The position numbers and the translations under genes are program-made. Of a stretch of DNA of 64,000 bases, positions 25,831 to 38,750 are shown piece by piece (position 1 is the stretch's first letter; each line of letters begins with the position of its first letter). Source of the DNA: Lama glama. Its lineage: Eukaryota. The notes beneath the pieces are model-generated. The model was given only the letters and a program-made list of their open reading frames with translations, ran no database searches and was not told the DNA's origin. The DNA is taken from assembly GCA_028534125.1 (NCBI GenBank), contig CM052816.1, forward strand, positions 85,190,001 through 85,254,000. The letters run 5' to 3'.

Positions 25831-28800
25831 CATGTACACTAGTGACACATTTGTCAGTAAGTTATGAGAAATAAAAATTCATGGGAAAGAATGGCATAAA
25901 ATAAAATTTACAAGCTGAAAAAGCCATTATCTTATGTAATTCAACCTGATTCTTAATAAGTATGTTAAAAAATTATAATCATTCATATTTTCTGTAAATT
26001 CAGCTTTACTTAGTATTTCATAACATTCTTATAATATTTTTCTGATAAATAATTAATTTTAAAAATTGGTGAACTATTTTGGGAAGGCCATGTACTTTAA
26101 TAAGATTTAAATGAAACACCATTAACATCCTGTTTATTCTAACCCTAGTTTCCTTACCATTTCATATATTATTCTGCATTCATTTCTTTAAAATTTTCAA
26201 AAATGTTTTAAAAGCTATGGTAAATTCATGTACATTGTCTATTTTTCTGTTGCTTTTGTTTTTCTTTCATTTTCTCCCTTGTGATAGAATAAGAAGTGTC
26301 CTTGGGAAGTAGTAGTTTTTAGTAATCTTTTTATCCTTATAGTATGGAGATATTAGTATCTATTTCATTTTTATTTCCATTAAGATAGTCTACCTTTTAA
26401 AAAGTACTGTTCAATGTTAATATATTGTCTAAATTAAACATAATAGCCACTGAAGTGCTCATTTCTTCAGGATGTGTTTCCATAGCACACAGCAATTTGT
26501 GATTATTTCTTATTTACAGCACACTTCACCCAAAGAACAGAATTCGCATATAATTTGTGTCCTATATCTTCTCTTTACATTGGCACATAACAATGCCATT
26601 ATTTGGAATTAAACTAAAGGAAGGGAGATCTTCTTGTAAAAATCAAACCTCATTACTCACCTGCCTGATTTTTCGTTAATTTTCACTCATTCATTTCCAC
26701 ACATTTAATGTTAAATTAAAAAGCAGTATTGTGTTTTGGGGAATTTATTCAAGTAACTTATATGGATAAATTCATTTTACCTTTGTTTTTCATGTCTGAT
26801 TTTTCCCTCCACATACATACATTTAATGTGAAACACAGCAAATATGAAAAGTAACACTTTAGGTGTGAAACTGTGTGTTTGTGCTTGCATGCATGCAGGG
26901 GTGAGGAGAGAGGGAGGAGGAGGAAGAGAGGGTACCATTTGTTTTTTCATTCATTTCTTACCTCACTCTCTCCCAGGAAATAGTTACATTTTTTAGTTGT
27001 TGTTTAATTATTTAAGAAATCAGTTTGTAAACTATTTATGTTTATACTGAAGAGTCCAATAGTATATAAGAACTCATTCCATGGTATCACAAACAAATTG
27101 AGTCTAAATTCTGCTTTCACCATTTATTAGCTTTTTGGCCCTAAGGGAATAAAACATCTTCTCCCAACCTTAAACCATTTTCTCTAAATCTCTACTTCAT
27201 AATCTACCAAAACGTTATATTTTTATACATATTTTTTAAAGGATTCAGAGAACTAGATAATACAAAGAAAAGTTTTATTTTTGACATTTCCTGGAAATTA
27301 CTTTAAACATATCATTCAAAAATTAAGGTACTTTTCCCTCCATACTGATGTAAAAATGTGAATTTTAAGCTTCTAGGGTCTTAATTTTTTAAAAGCAACC
27401 TCTGAAAATTTGCATTAATACATCTTTTATACATTAATATGTATGCTGAACAAACATAGCAATACACTATTAAATATCTAGTTGTTGCATTTAATATCTT
27501 CAATTAAAAGATGAAATCTGTTAAAGTTTTATTTTTGCCATTTGGTCCTTCTGTGACGCATCCAGCAGTTTGAGTACAGTAAGGTGGCTCCTGATCAAGC
27601 ATTAAAGATCCTAATCTCCATGATCAAAGAAGCATTTCATTCTAAAATTCAATGAGTCAACTTTCTAAGAAAATGTGTAAGAAAACCTAAGTTTTCAAAT
27701 TTGGAACCAAATCAATGGAATTCAAATGTTCACATTGGACATTTATGTGAGTATACAATACATAACAGACCAATAAATCTGTACACCAATAATACAGATG
27801 ACTGAAAAATTAATTTTCACCATCTGTTTCTTTAGAATCCGGTGACTCAAAAGAATGATTCATATTACACTGCAAAAAAAAAAAAAAGAAACAAAAAACA
27901 AAAAACTCACTGATAGGAACTAAAATGACAATTCTGGACACAGAAAATACCATTAATCATCTAAATGTAATAGAGACATATTAAAAACAAAAGAAGTAAC
28001 TTTGCATACATACTCTTTTATAAATTTTACTTTGTAATGAATGAAATGAGAGCCTGTCTGCCAACATTTTTCTTCAACAGAAAAGAAACAGCTTATTTTT
28101 AGAAGGAAAGCCATTCTAAATATACCTATTACAGTAAGCATTTTTGGATTTATTCTACAAAAAAAAAAGTGGTAGAGTTTTTTCTTTACTTCGGGGAAGA
28201 AGTATCAAAATAATCTCCTCCTCCTAGTAAAGATGTATTAAATAACACATACAATCAAGCATTTAAATTTTTTCCTACTAGAGTTTATTGATCATAATCA
28301 CATCTATAAAGACAAGTGATCTGAATCAATGTTTAACAATTTATTAATATTTATTGCTGTAAACATTTTCCATCAGTTCTGACAGACCTAAGAGCTTGCT
28401 TCTAAATTTTTCCATGAGTTTTCTACCACTCAAATATTAATATGCAAGTAGGTAAAACTCTTTAGAGTGCATTAGAAAACAGGCAAAGCTGATTTATAAA
28501 GATCTCACTAATTTGCTTAAAGGAGATTAAACACATACCTGTACAAAGAGAAAACTTACTCTGAAAACAAATAGCTTGAATCATTTAACAATATAGAAAA
28601 GAATCAGAAGTATATTTTCTATTCCTTTTGCTTATTAGAAATTGTAGACCATGCTTTATGTAGTGTCTTTAAGGAATTTTAATGTATGTTGTTTTAGATT
28701 TCAATGTGTGATAGGAAATCATGCTTTGAAATTGTCAGTTTATGTTTTTAATCAGCCTATGCACTTAGACCTAATTAAGTTGGTTACTTTCCTTCTAAAT

Positions 28801-28837
28801 ATTACTAAGATAGTATATTACTTTTGGTATCAAAATA

Positions 28838-31800
28838 TATATTATTGATGGATCAACCAGGGAAACAAAACCAGTAGAATTGTCTCCTGATTGTTGGGGT
28901 TGGTTATACAAGTCAAAAATTTGTCAGAAATGGTAAACTGGGTCTCTCTGGCATCAGCTAAAGCTGCAGTCCACAGTCAGAATTCATTCTTTAAGGAAGC
29001 CTCAGTTCAGTTCTTGAAGCCTTTCAGTGATAAATCAGGCCTACCTAGATTAACTAGAATAATCTCCCTTAAAGTCAATTGATTTGGACTTTAATCCCCT
29101 ATACAAAATGCCTCCCAGTATCACCTAGATTAGTGTTTAAACCTAGTTAAAAGCTGGGGACCTCAACCTTGCCAACTTGACACATTCAACTGACCATCAG
29201 CATATCCCTCTTCTCATATTAGCACCCATATACATCTCCTTGATCCACAAGGGATCTCCAAACGGAGAGGACCACCATGCAGTATTTCTACTCAATACAA
29301 CCATCCCACATACAACTGAGAACGTGTTAACCCTTTCCCCAGAGAAGGATGCCCAATCTTTGGGTAATGTTTACCTTTTGCCTTTGATATCCTATAACTT
29401 AAATATTGTGACTAAATTAAATATTGTTAATGTATCTTGTGGTAGATAATAAAATTTAAAAATATACATTCATAACAAAATTAAGAACGAATTCTCATAA
29501 TTTTATATTCCTCACTTTAGTGACTGGTCATGAGATTATAGCTAGTGTTTACAACTACCTCCATTCACTACCATTCCCTTTGCCATCAGCAAGCACTTCA
29601 GCTTGGTCATGGATCTTTGCCCGGTAGGGTGAACTAAACCTTAACCTCAGGAGTCTGCGCCATTAGCAGCCCTGTATCAATTGAACTATTGAAGTTTCCA
29701 TTGATTTTTAATCATAGGACATAAGGAATCTCCTATATTCTAGGTATACTTTTTCCTATCCCCATTTTATAGTATCACCACAATTTTCCCCTGGTAATCA
29801 CTTTAAAAGCATCCCATCCATTATAATAACCTCTTATTGACTGTCGATTTAGAGGTATAAGGAACCCCAAAATGGCCTAGTGGTGGTTAAACTTCTACTT
29901 TGACAGAATGATTGTCTTACCTGGTAGAAATACTTCTCCTTTTGGAATTTACACTTTCAGACCAGCAGAGCCTAAGGCTATGGGAATGATGTTTTTAGTG
30001 TCTGGCATGTAGTACCAGTTCAGAGCCAATGTCTAATAACCTCAGAAAAGTACGATTATTTTCTTTTCCCTAAGACACAGTCTGCAGTCCCTCCCTATGG
30101 AGAAGCCTGAGAGAGATTAACAGCATACATTTTTGACAGTTTGGCAGGGTTCTCTTTCAAGGAGACCGAGCAACCCCTTCATCCAAAGCATTCTTTATCT
30201 GCAGACTGCTTTGCTTGAGAATTGATTTGGGGTCATGTTTCTGTTTTTCATGATTAATGTTAGATTTTCGCTGATTTAATTCTGAACTCTTTTGCTTATG
30301 CAGATCAAATAAGTGTTCAGTAGACTGAACTTCTATTTATTGTCTTAGAGACACCTTGATCAACTTGTCAACGGCTTCACCTCCCATGGTAACTACACAC
30401 TGCTTGTCTCTGTTGATTAAAACACCACCAGTTAGCACTGCCACACCAGGATCCAGTTACCCCCACTGAATTTAGGGCTCCTAGTTCAAGGCTAAAAATT
30501 CCCATTTTGATTCCTGACCTGAAGAGTGACCATAGAACTCCTCAAGGTTGGTGAGGCTTTCCTCCCAACTGTGGTGAAGGGTGTGCCTATGGATCTCAAT
30601 GGGGCAGAAGACAAAAACAGAGGTCTACTCTAACATCCCAACCTCCCTACATTTTTGATATTTTTCTCTCTAGTGTATGAAAGAAGTTCTGGTGTTTTGA
30701 CTTAGTTACTATAGACCATAGGTCCATGTTTTAACAAACAAACCACACAAACTGTTACAGACCTTTTTAAATCTAAAAGCAAAAACACTGAATCTGGAAT
30801 CTCAGTTTAGTGGGCACAAGACAGTTCAACTTAATTCAAGTTTATATTCCTTTTATCATGGTCCCACATCCTTAGGGTTATTTTCTACACGTATTTCTCA
30901 GATTTCTGTTGGTATAAATTTGAAAAACCATGAAATTCTTTTGGTGTATAGCATGACTCTCTGTGGGTAACACTTTGTTTCTCACCCTTTCAGAACCTAT
31001 GGGACTTGTTACTGGTCTAGAAACAAAAAGGGTGACGGGGGTAGGTCCTCAAGAGGATTATCAGTTCCTTGCATGGCAACTAACTCAGTGGAGACCACTA
31101 CAGCTTCTTTGGGAAAAGAAGGGTTAAACTCCATAGCCAGTGATGGAAGGACCATTTCTAAAGGCAAAGCCAACTTGGTGAACTCCAGATATCAGTGTCC
31201 CTAGGTTCATCAGGATATAACCATTTGTTCCCATTTAAATTTTCAGAATGGCATTTTCCCCCTAAAACTGACCTAACTTTAACAGAAGATTCACTGCTAA
31301 GTTGAGAATTCAATGTGTGTTGTAACTTAGCTACCTACAGAATTGGACTTTCAGAATGCTTGGCCCTGAGGCTCCAGGACGTAGGGTTTATTTGGGGGCA
31401 GACAAAGAATGTCTCAGGTCATTTATGTGGAACTTAACCTGGTAATTTGAAACCTCAAGATCATCCCTTTCTTTACTTATTTTCTCTAGCTGGATTATGG
31501 GCAACTCACCAACCTTATCATAGTCTTGGTTTGACTTAAGTATTCTAAGTATAATGTATCTGTTGTCAGTAGAACCTCAACCCGAATAGGCATTGATTAG
31601 GAATATCCAATGGCCAACATTTTGTTTATGGCTAGTGCTGTCTTTACTCCTGAAAATACAATTTGTAGTAGCTTTACATCTGATTAGAAAACAAATTTTA
31701 GAAGACCCAGAACTAATTATAAAATCTCATTCTTAAAGTTATTTTCCTCTAGAACCACTTATGGTAATGAAATCAGTGTCAGTGAATGTTCAGAGAAAAG

Positions 31801-32183
31801 AAGCAATGGGAGAAGTACATTGTAGAATATATTGTAAAAACCAGGTTAACACAACTATGTGGTCTGACTATGCAAGTCTGAGATGCCTATGGCAGGCCAT
31901 CGGGAAGAGCAAGCTGGAGCTCTCAAGGGTAAACCAAAGCTGCTGTCAAGAGCGAGGATTTATTTTTCAGGGAAGTCTCAGCTTTGCTCATGGGGCCTGT
32001 CAACTGATGGAATCAGGTGCACGTTATCAAGGATAAGTTCCCCTTACTTATGGCTTAATCACATCTACAAACTAGCTTAATCCCATCTACAAACTAACTT
32101 AACATGAACATCAGATTTATGTTTGTTTGAAAAAACCTGGAGATTGTAGCCAGGTTAAATTGACACAAAGAGTAAACCTAACA
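28838..32183 (-). mobile_element. Two-LTR, internally deleted ERVL provirus (MLT2D-like LTRs at ~28838-29202 and ~31775-32183)
   Basis: Both ends carry related sequence (aaagctgc.gtc...ggaag.ctcag...ttgacaca). 31742-31774 'ttcctctagaaccacttatggtaatgaaatc' is the reverse complement of the ERVL internal 5' start. Confidence 0.8.
30008..30353 (+). mobile_element. Possible ERV1-type LTR nested in the ERVL internal region
   Basis: TG...CA-bounded segment that interrupts the ERVL sequence, with LTR-like composition; no clear TSD. Confidence 0.4.
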
Positions 32184-33699
32184 GTTGCATTTTAGTATTT
32201 TTAGAATATATACTAAACATAAAATATAGGAGAAGATTTATCTATTTAGCATATTTGCCTCTTTATTTTTGAAATATTCTTCTTGAGGTTCACAACTTTA
32301 AGTATTCAACAACCCTGATACAACATTGTATTCTATCACCTCAAATTCCCTTGGCCCATAGTTGATCCTAATCACGTGTCAACCAAATTTGCAGGTAAAC
32401 ACCAGCAGCCCCTTTCTTAAATGCCATTATCATTCTAATTTCTAGCCCATATGTTTTGTAACCTTGTACAGTATGAATCTTGCAGCAAGACACTGGGTCC
32501 TTAAGCATTTAAAAACCCAAGACTGAGGAGACTGAACTCCATGAAATAACACTTGACCGACGAGGAAAATGAACCAGTAGAGATAAGCTTCCCTCTGTCT
32601 ATAATGTTAATGCTTTTAGGCGTTTTTTTTTTCCCCCATACAGCTCCTCAAGGGATCAACAAGATCAAGCCCCAGTTAACCACAAAAGAAATGAGATCAA
32701 TAAAAAACGTTGTACTCATTTTACTTCTGTTTTACTCTTCCTCAGATAATTTTTCACATTAAAATGTATACACTTAAATCTTCCCTCCAGCTCTTTCTTG
32801 GAGAAACCAAAGCTAACACACTCTGTATGAGGCGTAGCCCTAGAAAGAACTTAAGAACCGAATGTTAGAGTGTGCCTTCTATCTCTGGTGGAGTGGTGGT
32901 AAGACCTCACTGATGCCAGTATGTGGATGATGAGAACCCTTGCGGTATAGGAGTGGTACTGCAGTTACTAATATTTTCTCATGAGAGGCAGCATGGAGCA
33001 CTGCTGTATGTGGAAGAGTGGCACTGGAATGAAATCTGGTTGTAACTGACCAGGGGAAAATGATGAAATTCCAGCTCAAGTGCAAAACATAGTGAAGCTA
33101 TAGATACAATGGGCGGTTATTTTCCACATTCAACTGCCTTATGGAGACGGAAAAAGCAGCAGGCAACACTCACATTGATTCTGTGACCTGTGGTGTTCTA
33201 GTCATTATTTTAGAAGGAGCCAAGTCTGAAACAAGCCCCTCCATGCCACTTAGAATTAAAACATACAGTTCTAAATAATATATCAAGAAAATGTATAAAG
33301 AAAAAAAAGGTTTGATGCTTTAAAACATATATCTCAGTCTACAAGCTCAGAGGGAAATTTAGGGTTGGCTCTATCTATATAAGAAAAGGGATAAGTCTGA
33401 AATTATGTAATATATTCTGCATATCAAAATTTAGGGGAAAAAACAAATCAAACTAAAAGAAAATATGACAAACCAAGTAAGGACAAAGGCAGAAAAGTAA
33501 TGGACTGGTATACGTCAGAGAACGTATGTGGATATCAGGAACAGATTTACTCCAATACATATAAAAGTTGGATTTCAATAAAAAATTCTTCAAAAGAATA
33601 GCTAAGACTAAATGAATAATGATTACAGATTTTGTCTGATTCACATTAAATAAGTTGTTAAAAATCACTCACTCTCCAAACACCTGCACAACTTTACAG

Positions 33700-35178
33700 C
33701 TTAAGTGGTGAAACATTTGAAACATTTATTGAACAAACACCAAATTTACATAAACTCTTAACAGGAATAAAGGAAACATTTCCCAATATTTTTATGAGGC
33801 CAGAGAAACCTACCTTAGTACAAACTACTAACAAGGACAGTACGGTAAGTTATCTCCTGAATATATAGGAACAAAAACTCTAAAATATTAGAAGGCCAAA
33901 TCCAATAATACAGAAAAAGATAAAGCTAAATTTTCATACCAGGAATGTCAAATAGAATAATATTTAAAACTCAGTCAATGCAACAATAGAAGCAGAAAAA
34001 TCAAAATGAAAGTCAACATATTACCCAGATACACTATAGCAAAAGTGCTGAGAGCCGAAGACAATGAAATTTTGAAAGGAGCAGAGTAACGCTACTCATA
34101 ATATACAAAAGAAACCCAGTGAAATGAAAGGCTGACTACTCAGCAGAAACCACGGGTTCCAGAAGGCAATGCAAAGACAGTCATGGGCCTACAGTATTGG
34201 TCAAACAAGAATCTTACAAACAAAACTATCTTTCAATAACTGAAAGCAACAGGATTCCAGTTTCAGCCCTGACATGCAAGAGTTTGGAAGTTTTCGAACC
34301 CATTCTAACAACAACAAAAAAAAAACTCTGAACAAACTGAGAATCAGTAACTTTCCTTGAATCCTTCAGAGAAACTAGAGCATAGGCCAAACCGACAGTA
34401 ATCTGGATTAGCAAACACAAAACACTGTAAATAAAGCTTACCTGGAGCAGAAGTTGCTGGAGCCATAAACTGGTAGGAAAACATAAACGTCCACTTTGAT
34501 AAGTTGCTGGAGGATGTGTGGGAAATAGTGTGAATCTCATGGGGTTTGCAGTTTTAGGGGAATCCCATATTTTTGTGGGTTCTACCTCTAAAAACCCCAC
34601 AAGGTTCTTTAAAAAATCAAGATAAAAACAAACTAACAGACTCACCTCAGACCTCTGGCAGGAAGAGAGGAAAGTAACCATTTTGAAATATGCTGAGAAT
34701 GTTCTCCGTAACAAAGGCCAACTTTCCAGCAGAAGTCTTTCCAAGAGGCTGGTTTCACTAGTGGAAGGGTGGTTGTTCCCAGCTTCTTCTCGCCTTCCTT
34801 TCTCAGCTGTAGGAGGGGAGAGGATGAAGAGACTCTTGGGAAGATTGCAGTCCAGAGACACAGGCTCACTAAGATCCTGAAACTAAATCACAGCATCATA
34901 GAAGAGTGATTTCCTCCCCCACCACTACTGCTGCACCATCAGGGTGCAAGTGTCTTCACAATGGATGAGAGCAGAAAGAGGAGCAAGGTTCAGCCTCTAC
35001 TTAAGAGGCGTTCCTAGGGAAAATAAGATACACCTGGGTAGGCTAACGGGGAACACCTGAGAATCTTGACGCCCTTTGCATTTAAAGTGACAGCAAGCAT
35101 TAAAAAACATCCCAAGGTTCACTATATTGACATAAAATCTCACAGGAAAATTTTATTTGCATCACTTCCTATCACCCA
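33700..35178 (+). mobile_element. Old LINE-1 fragments (ORF2, ORF1 and L1M 5' region)
   Basis: 'catttcccaatatttttatgaggccag' (ORF2 PNSFYEA-like), 'gacaatgaaattttgaaaggagcagag' (ORF1 ILKAAR-like), L1MD-like 5' region from ~34250. Confidence 0.7.
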
Positions 35179-35179
35179 A

Positions 35180-35740
35180 TTTTGTCAGTTGAATTGTATC
35201 CCTCCAAATATGTCTTGAATTTCTAACTCCTGGTCCCTGTGAATATGGCCTCATTGGTAAACAGGGTATTTGCACGTGTAATGAGGTTAATGAGATCACG
35301 CTGGATTGCAGTGGGCCCCAGTCCAATGACTGGTGTCTTCCTAAGAACAGGGAAATTCAAACACAGAGACACACAGAAATAATACCGTGTGACAACAAAG
35401 GCACGTATTGGAGTGATGCAATGGCAAGCCAGGGAGAACCAATGGTATCTGAGCCACAAGAAGCTAGGAAAAGGCAAGGAACGATACTTCCAGAGAGAGG
35501 ATGGCTCTTTCAACAACTTTATTTTGGACTTCCAGGCTCCAAAACTATGACAGAACAAGTATGCCTCTGTTGTTTAAGCCACTCGGATTGTGGCTTGTTA
35601 TGGGAGACCCAGGATACTGATACAGATTTTGGCAGCGAGAGTGAGGAGCTAGTGTAACAGATACTTGAAAATGTTGAAGTGATTTGGAACTGGGTAATAA
35701 GTAAAAAGTCTTGAAATGTTTCAAGGTTCATGATAGAAAC
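35180..35740 (+). mobile_element. MaLR LTR (MLT1B/C-like, to 35624) plus start of MLT internal sequence
   Basis: 'ttgaattgtatccctcc...ccaatgactggtgtcttc...tgttgtttaagccac...actgataca' then 'gattttggcagcgagagtg...tttggaactgggtaat'. Confidence 0.85.
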
Positions 35741-37568
35741 CTAGTTTAAAGTTTATACGGAAAGGAGACACAAAATACTCATAATAACAATGAAAAAGCA
35801 ACAAATTTGGTGGACTGACACTATCCAACATCAACATTTACTATAAAGCAACAGTAATTGAGAGTGTGGTATTGCCGAAAAATAGACATCTAAATTAATG
35901 GAAAAGACATAAGAGCCTGGAAATAGGCCTCTACAAATACATTCTAATAATTTTTTATGAAGGCACTGTCATCCACGGGAGGCTGGAGAGGAATTCGAGG
36001 TGAGCTGCCCAACTAGAAAAATGCAAGAGGAGCCGACATGGAGCAAAACAGCACTTTACTGCAGAACAAGCTGGTGGCACACGGGGCGGGCAGCGCTCAG
36101 GTGTACGCACTTGTCCTTTTAAAATGCTAGTCGCGCATGCGTAGTGTTCATAATGCCGACTCACGCTACTGGCGTATTCGTGATGGTCATTCACCTCTTA
36201 CCAGGTGCAAGCTATTGTGAACCTTGGCCTGGGCCCCACTGCCAACTCACTTAAGGCTGCCGACAGGCACAAAGACAATGGGGGAAAAAAAGGTCTGTTC
36301 ATCAAATGGTGCTGGAAAAATCTGGCATCAAAATGCAAAAAAGTTAAACTTGATAGAGAATTTATAATCTCGCAAAAATTACCTCAAGATGTATCACAGA
36401 CTTAAATGTAAAATGAAAAAGAAAAATCAAAATTCTACAAGCAAACATAATAGAAAATCTAGTTGACCATAGGTTTGCAAATGAGTTTTGAGACACAACA
36501 CCAAAATCATAATCTATGAAAAAAGCAAAAAAGAAAAATTGAACTTTATTAATTTCAAATAGTCTACTCTGTGAAAAACACTATAAAAAAATGAAAAGCA
36601 AAACACAGGTAAGGGAAAACTTGCAAAACCTGTATCTGATAAAGAACTTGTATCCAAAAGCATCTAAAGAACTCTTAAATCTCATGCTAAGAAAATACAA
36701 CAGGCTAATTTAAATATAAGGAGTGGGAATAATCTGAACAAACACCTTACATCAAAGGAAACTGTACATATAAAAAGATACTCAAAATAATTTACCATGA
36801 AGGAATTTCAAACTAAAACAATGAGACGCTACTGTATACCTATTTCAATGTCTGCAATAATAAAAATAAATAAATAAACCTGACATTACCAAATGCTGGC
36901 AAGGCTATGGAATGGCAAAAACACTCTTGCTTTGCTCTAAGAATGTAACAGTTTTAGCCATTTAAAGGACAATTTGGCAGTTTCTTATGAAAATAAACAG
37001 TCTCATCATACAATTCAGCAATTGTGCTCCTAGATACTTATCTAAGGGGTTTAGAAACTTATTTCCACACAAAACCCTGCACACAAATGTTTCTAGCAGA
37101 TTTACTTATAATCAAAGCCACCAAGATGTCCTTCAATATGTTAATGAATAAACAAACGAAAGACATCCATACAATGGGATATTTTCAGTGACAAAAAGAA
37201 ATAAGCTATCAAGCCCTGGAAGACTATGGACTAACCTTAACTGTCTACTTCTGAGCAAGAGAAGCCAGCTTCCAAAGGCTTCTGCCTCCTGTATGATCCT
37301 AATTACATGTCATTTGGAAAAGGCAAAACCATCCAGAGAGTAAAAAGTTTAGTGGTTTCCAGTGGTTAAGGATTTAAACAGGAATGTTTAAGTGGGTGAA
37401 GCACAAGGGATTTTGATGGTGGCAAACTGCTGAGTAATGGTCAGTCGGCATTATGGATATGACAAAATCCATAAAACTTCACAGCAAAAAGAGTGAACCT
37501 TAATGCACCTGAATTTTCTTTAAAAAAAAAAAAATCATGTAGGAAGTTGAAAGATACCAGGAAGGCAA
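35741..37568 (+). mobile_element. Old LINE-1 ORF2 3' part and 3' UTR (L1MD-like), interrupted by a solo LTR
   Basis: GLFIKWCWKNL (cf. [10 protein letters not shown]); 3' UTR 'agctatcaagccctggaagac...ggaaaaggcaaaacc'. Confidence 0.85.
35967..36265 (-). mobile_element. Young 299-bp solo LTR with perfect 5-bp TSD
   Basis: Termini TGTC...GACA; GGCAC on both sides (35962-35966, 36266-36270); removing it restores the L1 ORF2 sequence. Many intact CpGs; AGTAAA polyA signal on the minus strand (~36055-36060). Confidence 0.9.
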
Positions 37569-38311
37569 TGTCACCAGCAAAGCCCACTGGAGCCCCCTGG
37601 GGGAAATAGAATGGAATTTAGGTGATACGTTCTCTTCTCTTGTGCTTAGGGTAGTAGGGGGCTACTTGCAGAGAGGGGGCCTTGTTCCTAACACATCAGA
37701 TTAGAGCTCCCAGCACAGAACCACTGCACTCGATGCCCCAAGTTGGCAGACCGTGTGCAGCAGCACAGCCCACCACACTGCCGTTCAGGATGACTGCAGC
37801 GTACTGTGTGCGGAGGCACTGCGCCAGCACTTCAGTCTGAAGTTCCAGAAGTAGCACGACTGCAAGAACTCCTCCCCTCCTCTGCTGACAGGAGGAGGGG
37901 TAAAAAGATCAGCAAACACTTACAAGTTATACAAGCAAGGTGACTGGTCAGTGGAGTCTGAGAGGAACGGCGTCAGGCTGCCGTCAGCCAGCTCCCAGGT
38001 TGAGCTGACATGGGACCATGTTCCTCCCTTAGAGCTCTTGCTCGGACTTGGGAGAAGTTAAAGTCCAGGAACTTGTAGGGAGGAGAGAAGCCTGGCTACA
38101 CAAATCAAAGGGTATGTAATGGGCAACTAAGAACATTCAGTCAATGGGGATGAAAACCTCTATGCGAGGTAAAGCGCTTCCTCTACTCAGAACTGCATCA
38201 TGACAGGAGGGCCTACTTAGCAGTTTTGTGGACCAAAGCCAATTTTACCACTACGGGCTCCTCCAGCAATCCTACCCTTTCCCTGAGGGGAAATAACTCC
38301 CTTTGGAACAT

Positions 38312-38750
38312 TGTCACGGAAAAGCCCATTAAGAATTCCCAGTAAATAAAAATAGAATCTGGGTAATAAAATAAAGCCTAACCTTTTTTTATTCTCCTTT
38401 GTGCTTCATCTAGTTTCACTTGCTCATCGGGTGCCATATTCAGGGGCCTTGCGCCGGGCCCATCAGTCCAGAGTTCCCGGTGTAAAACAGGTGCACGACA
38501 CTTCAGCTGGATAGGCCGCCTGCAAAAAAGCACTGCACCCGGTCAGCAAGGACTCCGGCCGGCCCCTCCCGGCTGCCAAGAAACCTATAAAGCAGGTTGT
38601 CCGTCAGGGAGAGTTTGTGTTCTTGAGTGCAAGCTTGCACCAGTCTATTTGATTAAAGAATAAAACCTTGCTTTGCTTCTGAACCAAATGCGGCCCACAG
38701 GAGCCATGTTCAGGATGGACTGTTTTCTTTTCGCCTGCACCTGTCCACTA
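38312..38750 (+). promoter_or_regulatory. ERV 5' LTR with TATA box and polyA signal
   Basis: Starts tgtcac; 'cctataaagc' at 38584-38593; 'gaataaaacc' at 38658-38667; followed by a weak tRNA-His-like PBS (ccgggcgtgacttggct, ~38755-38771, vs TGGTGCCGTGACTCGGAT). The 3' boundary is approximate. Confidence 0.65.

Noticed and set aside
34226..34861. 211-aa minus-strand ORF
   Set aside because: Antisense to an old L1 5' region, with no recognisable domain.
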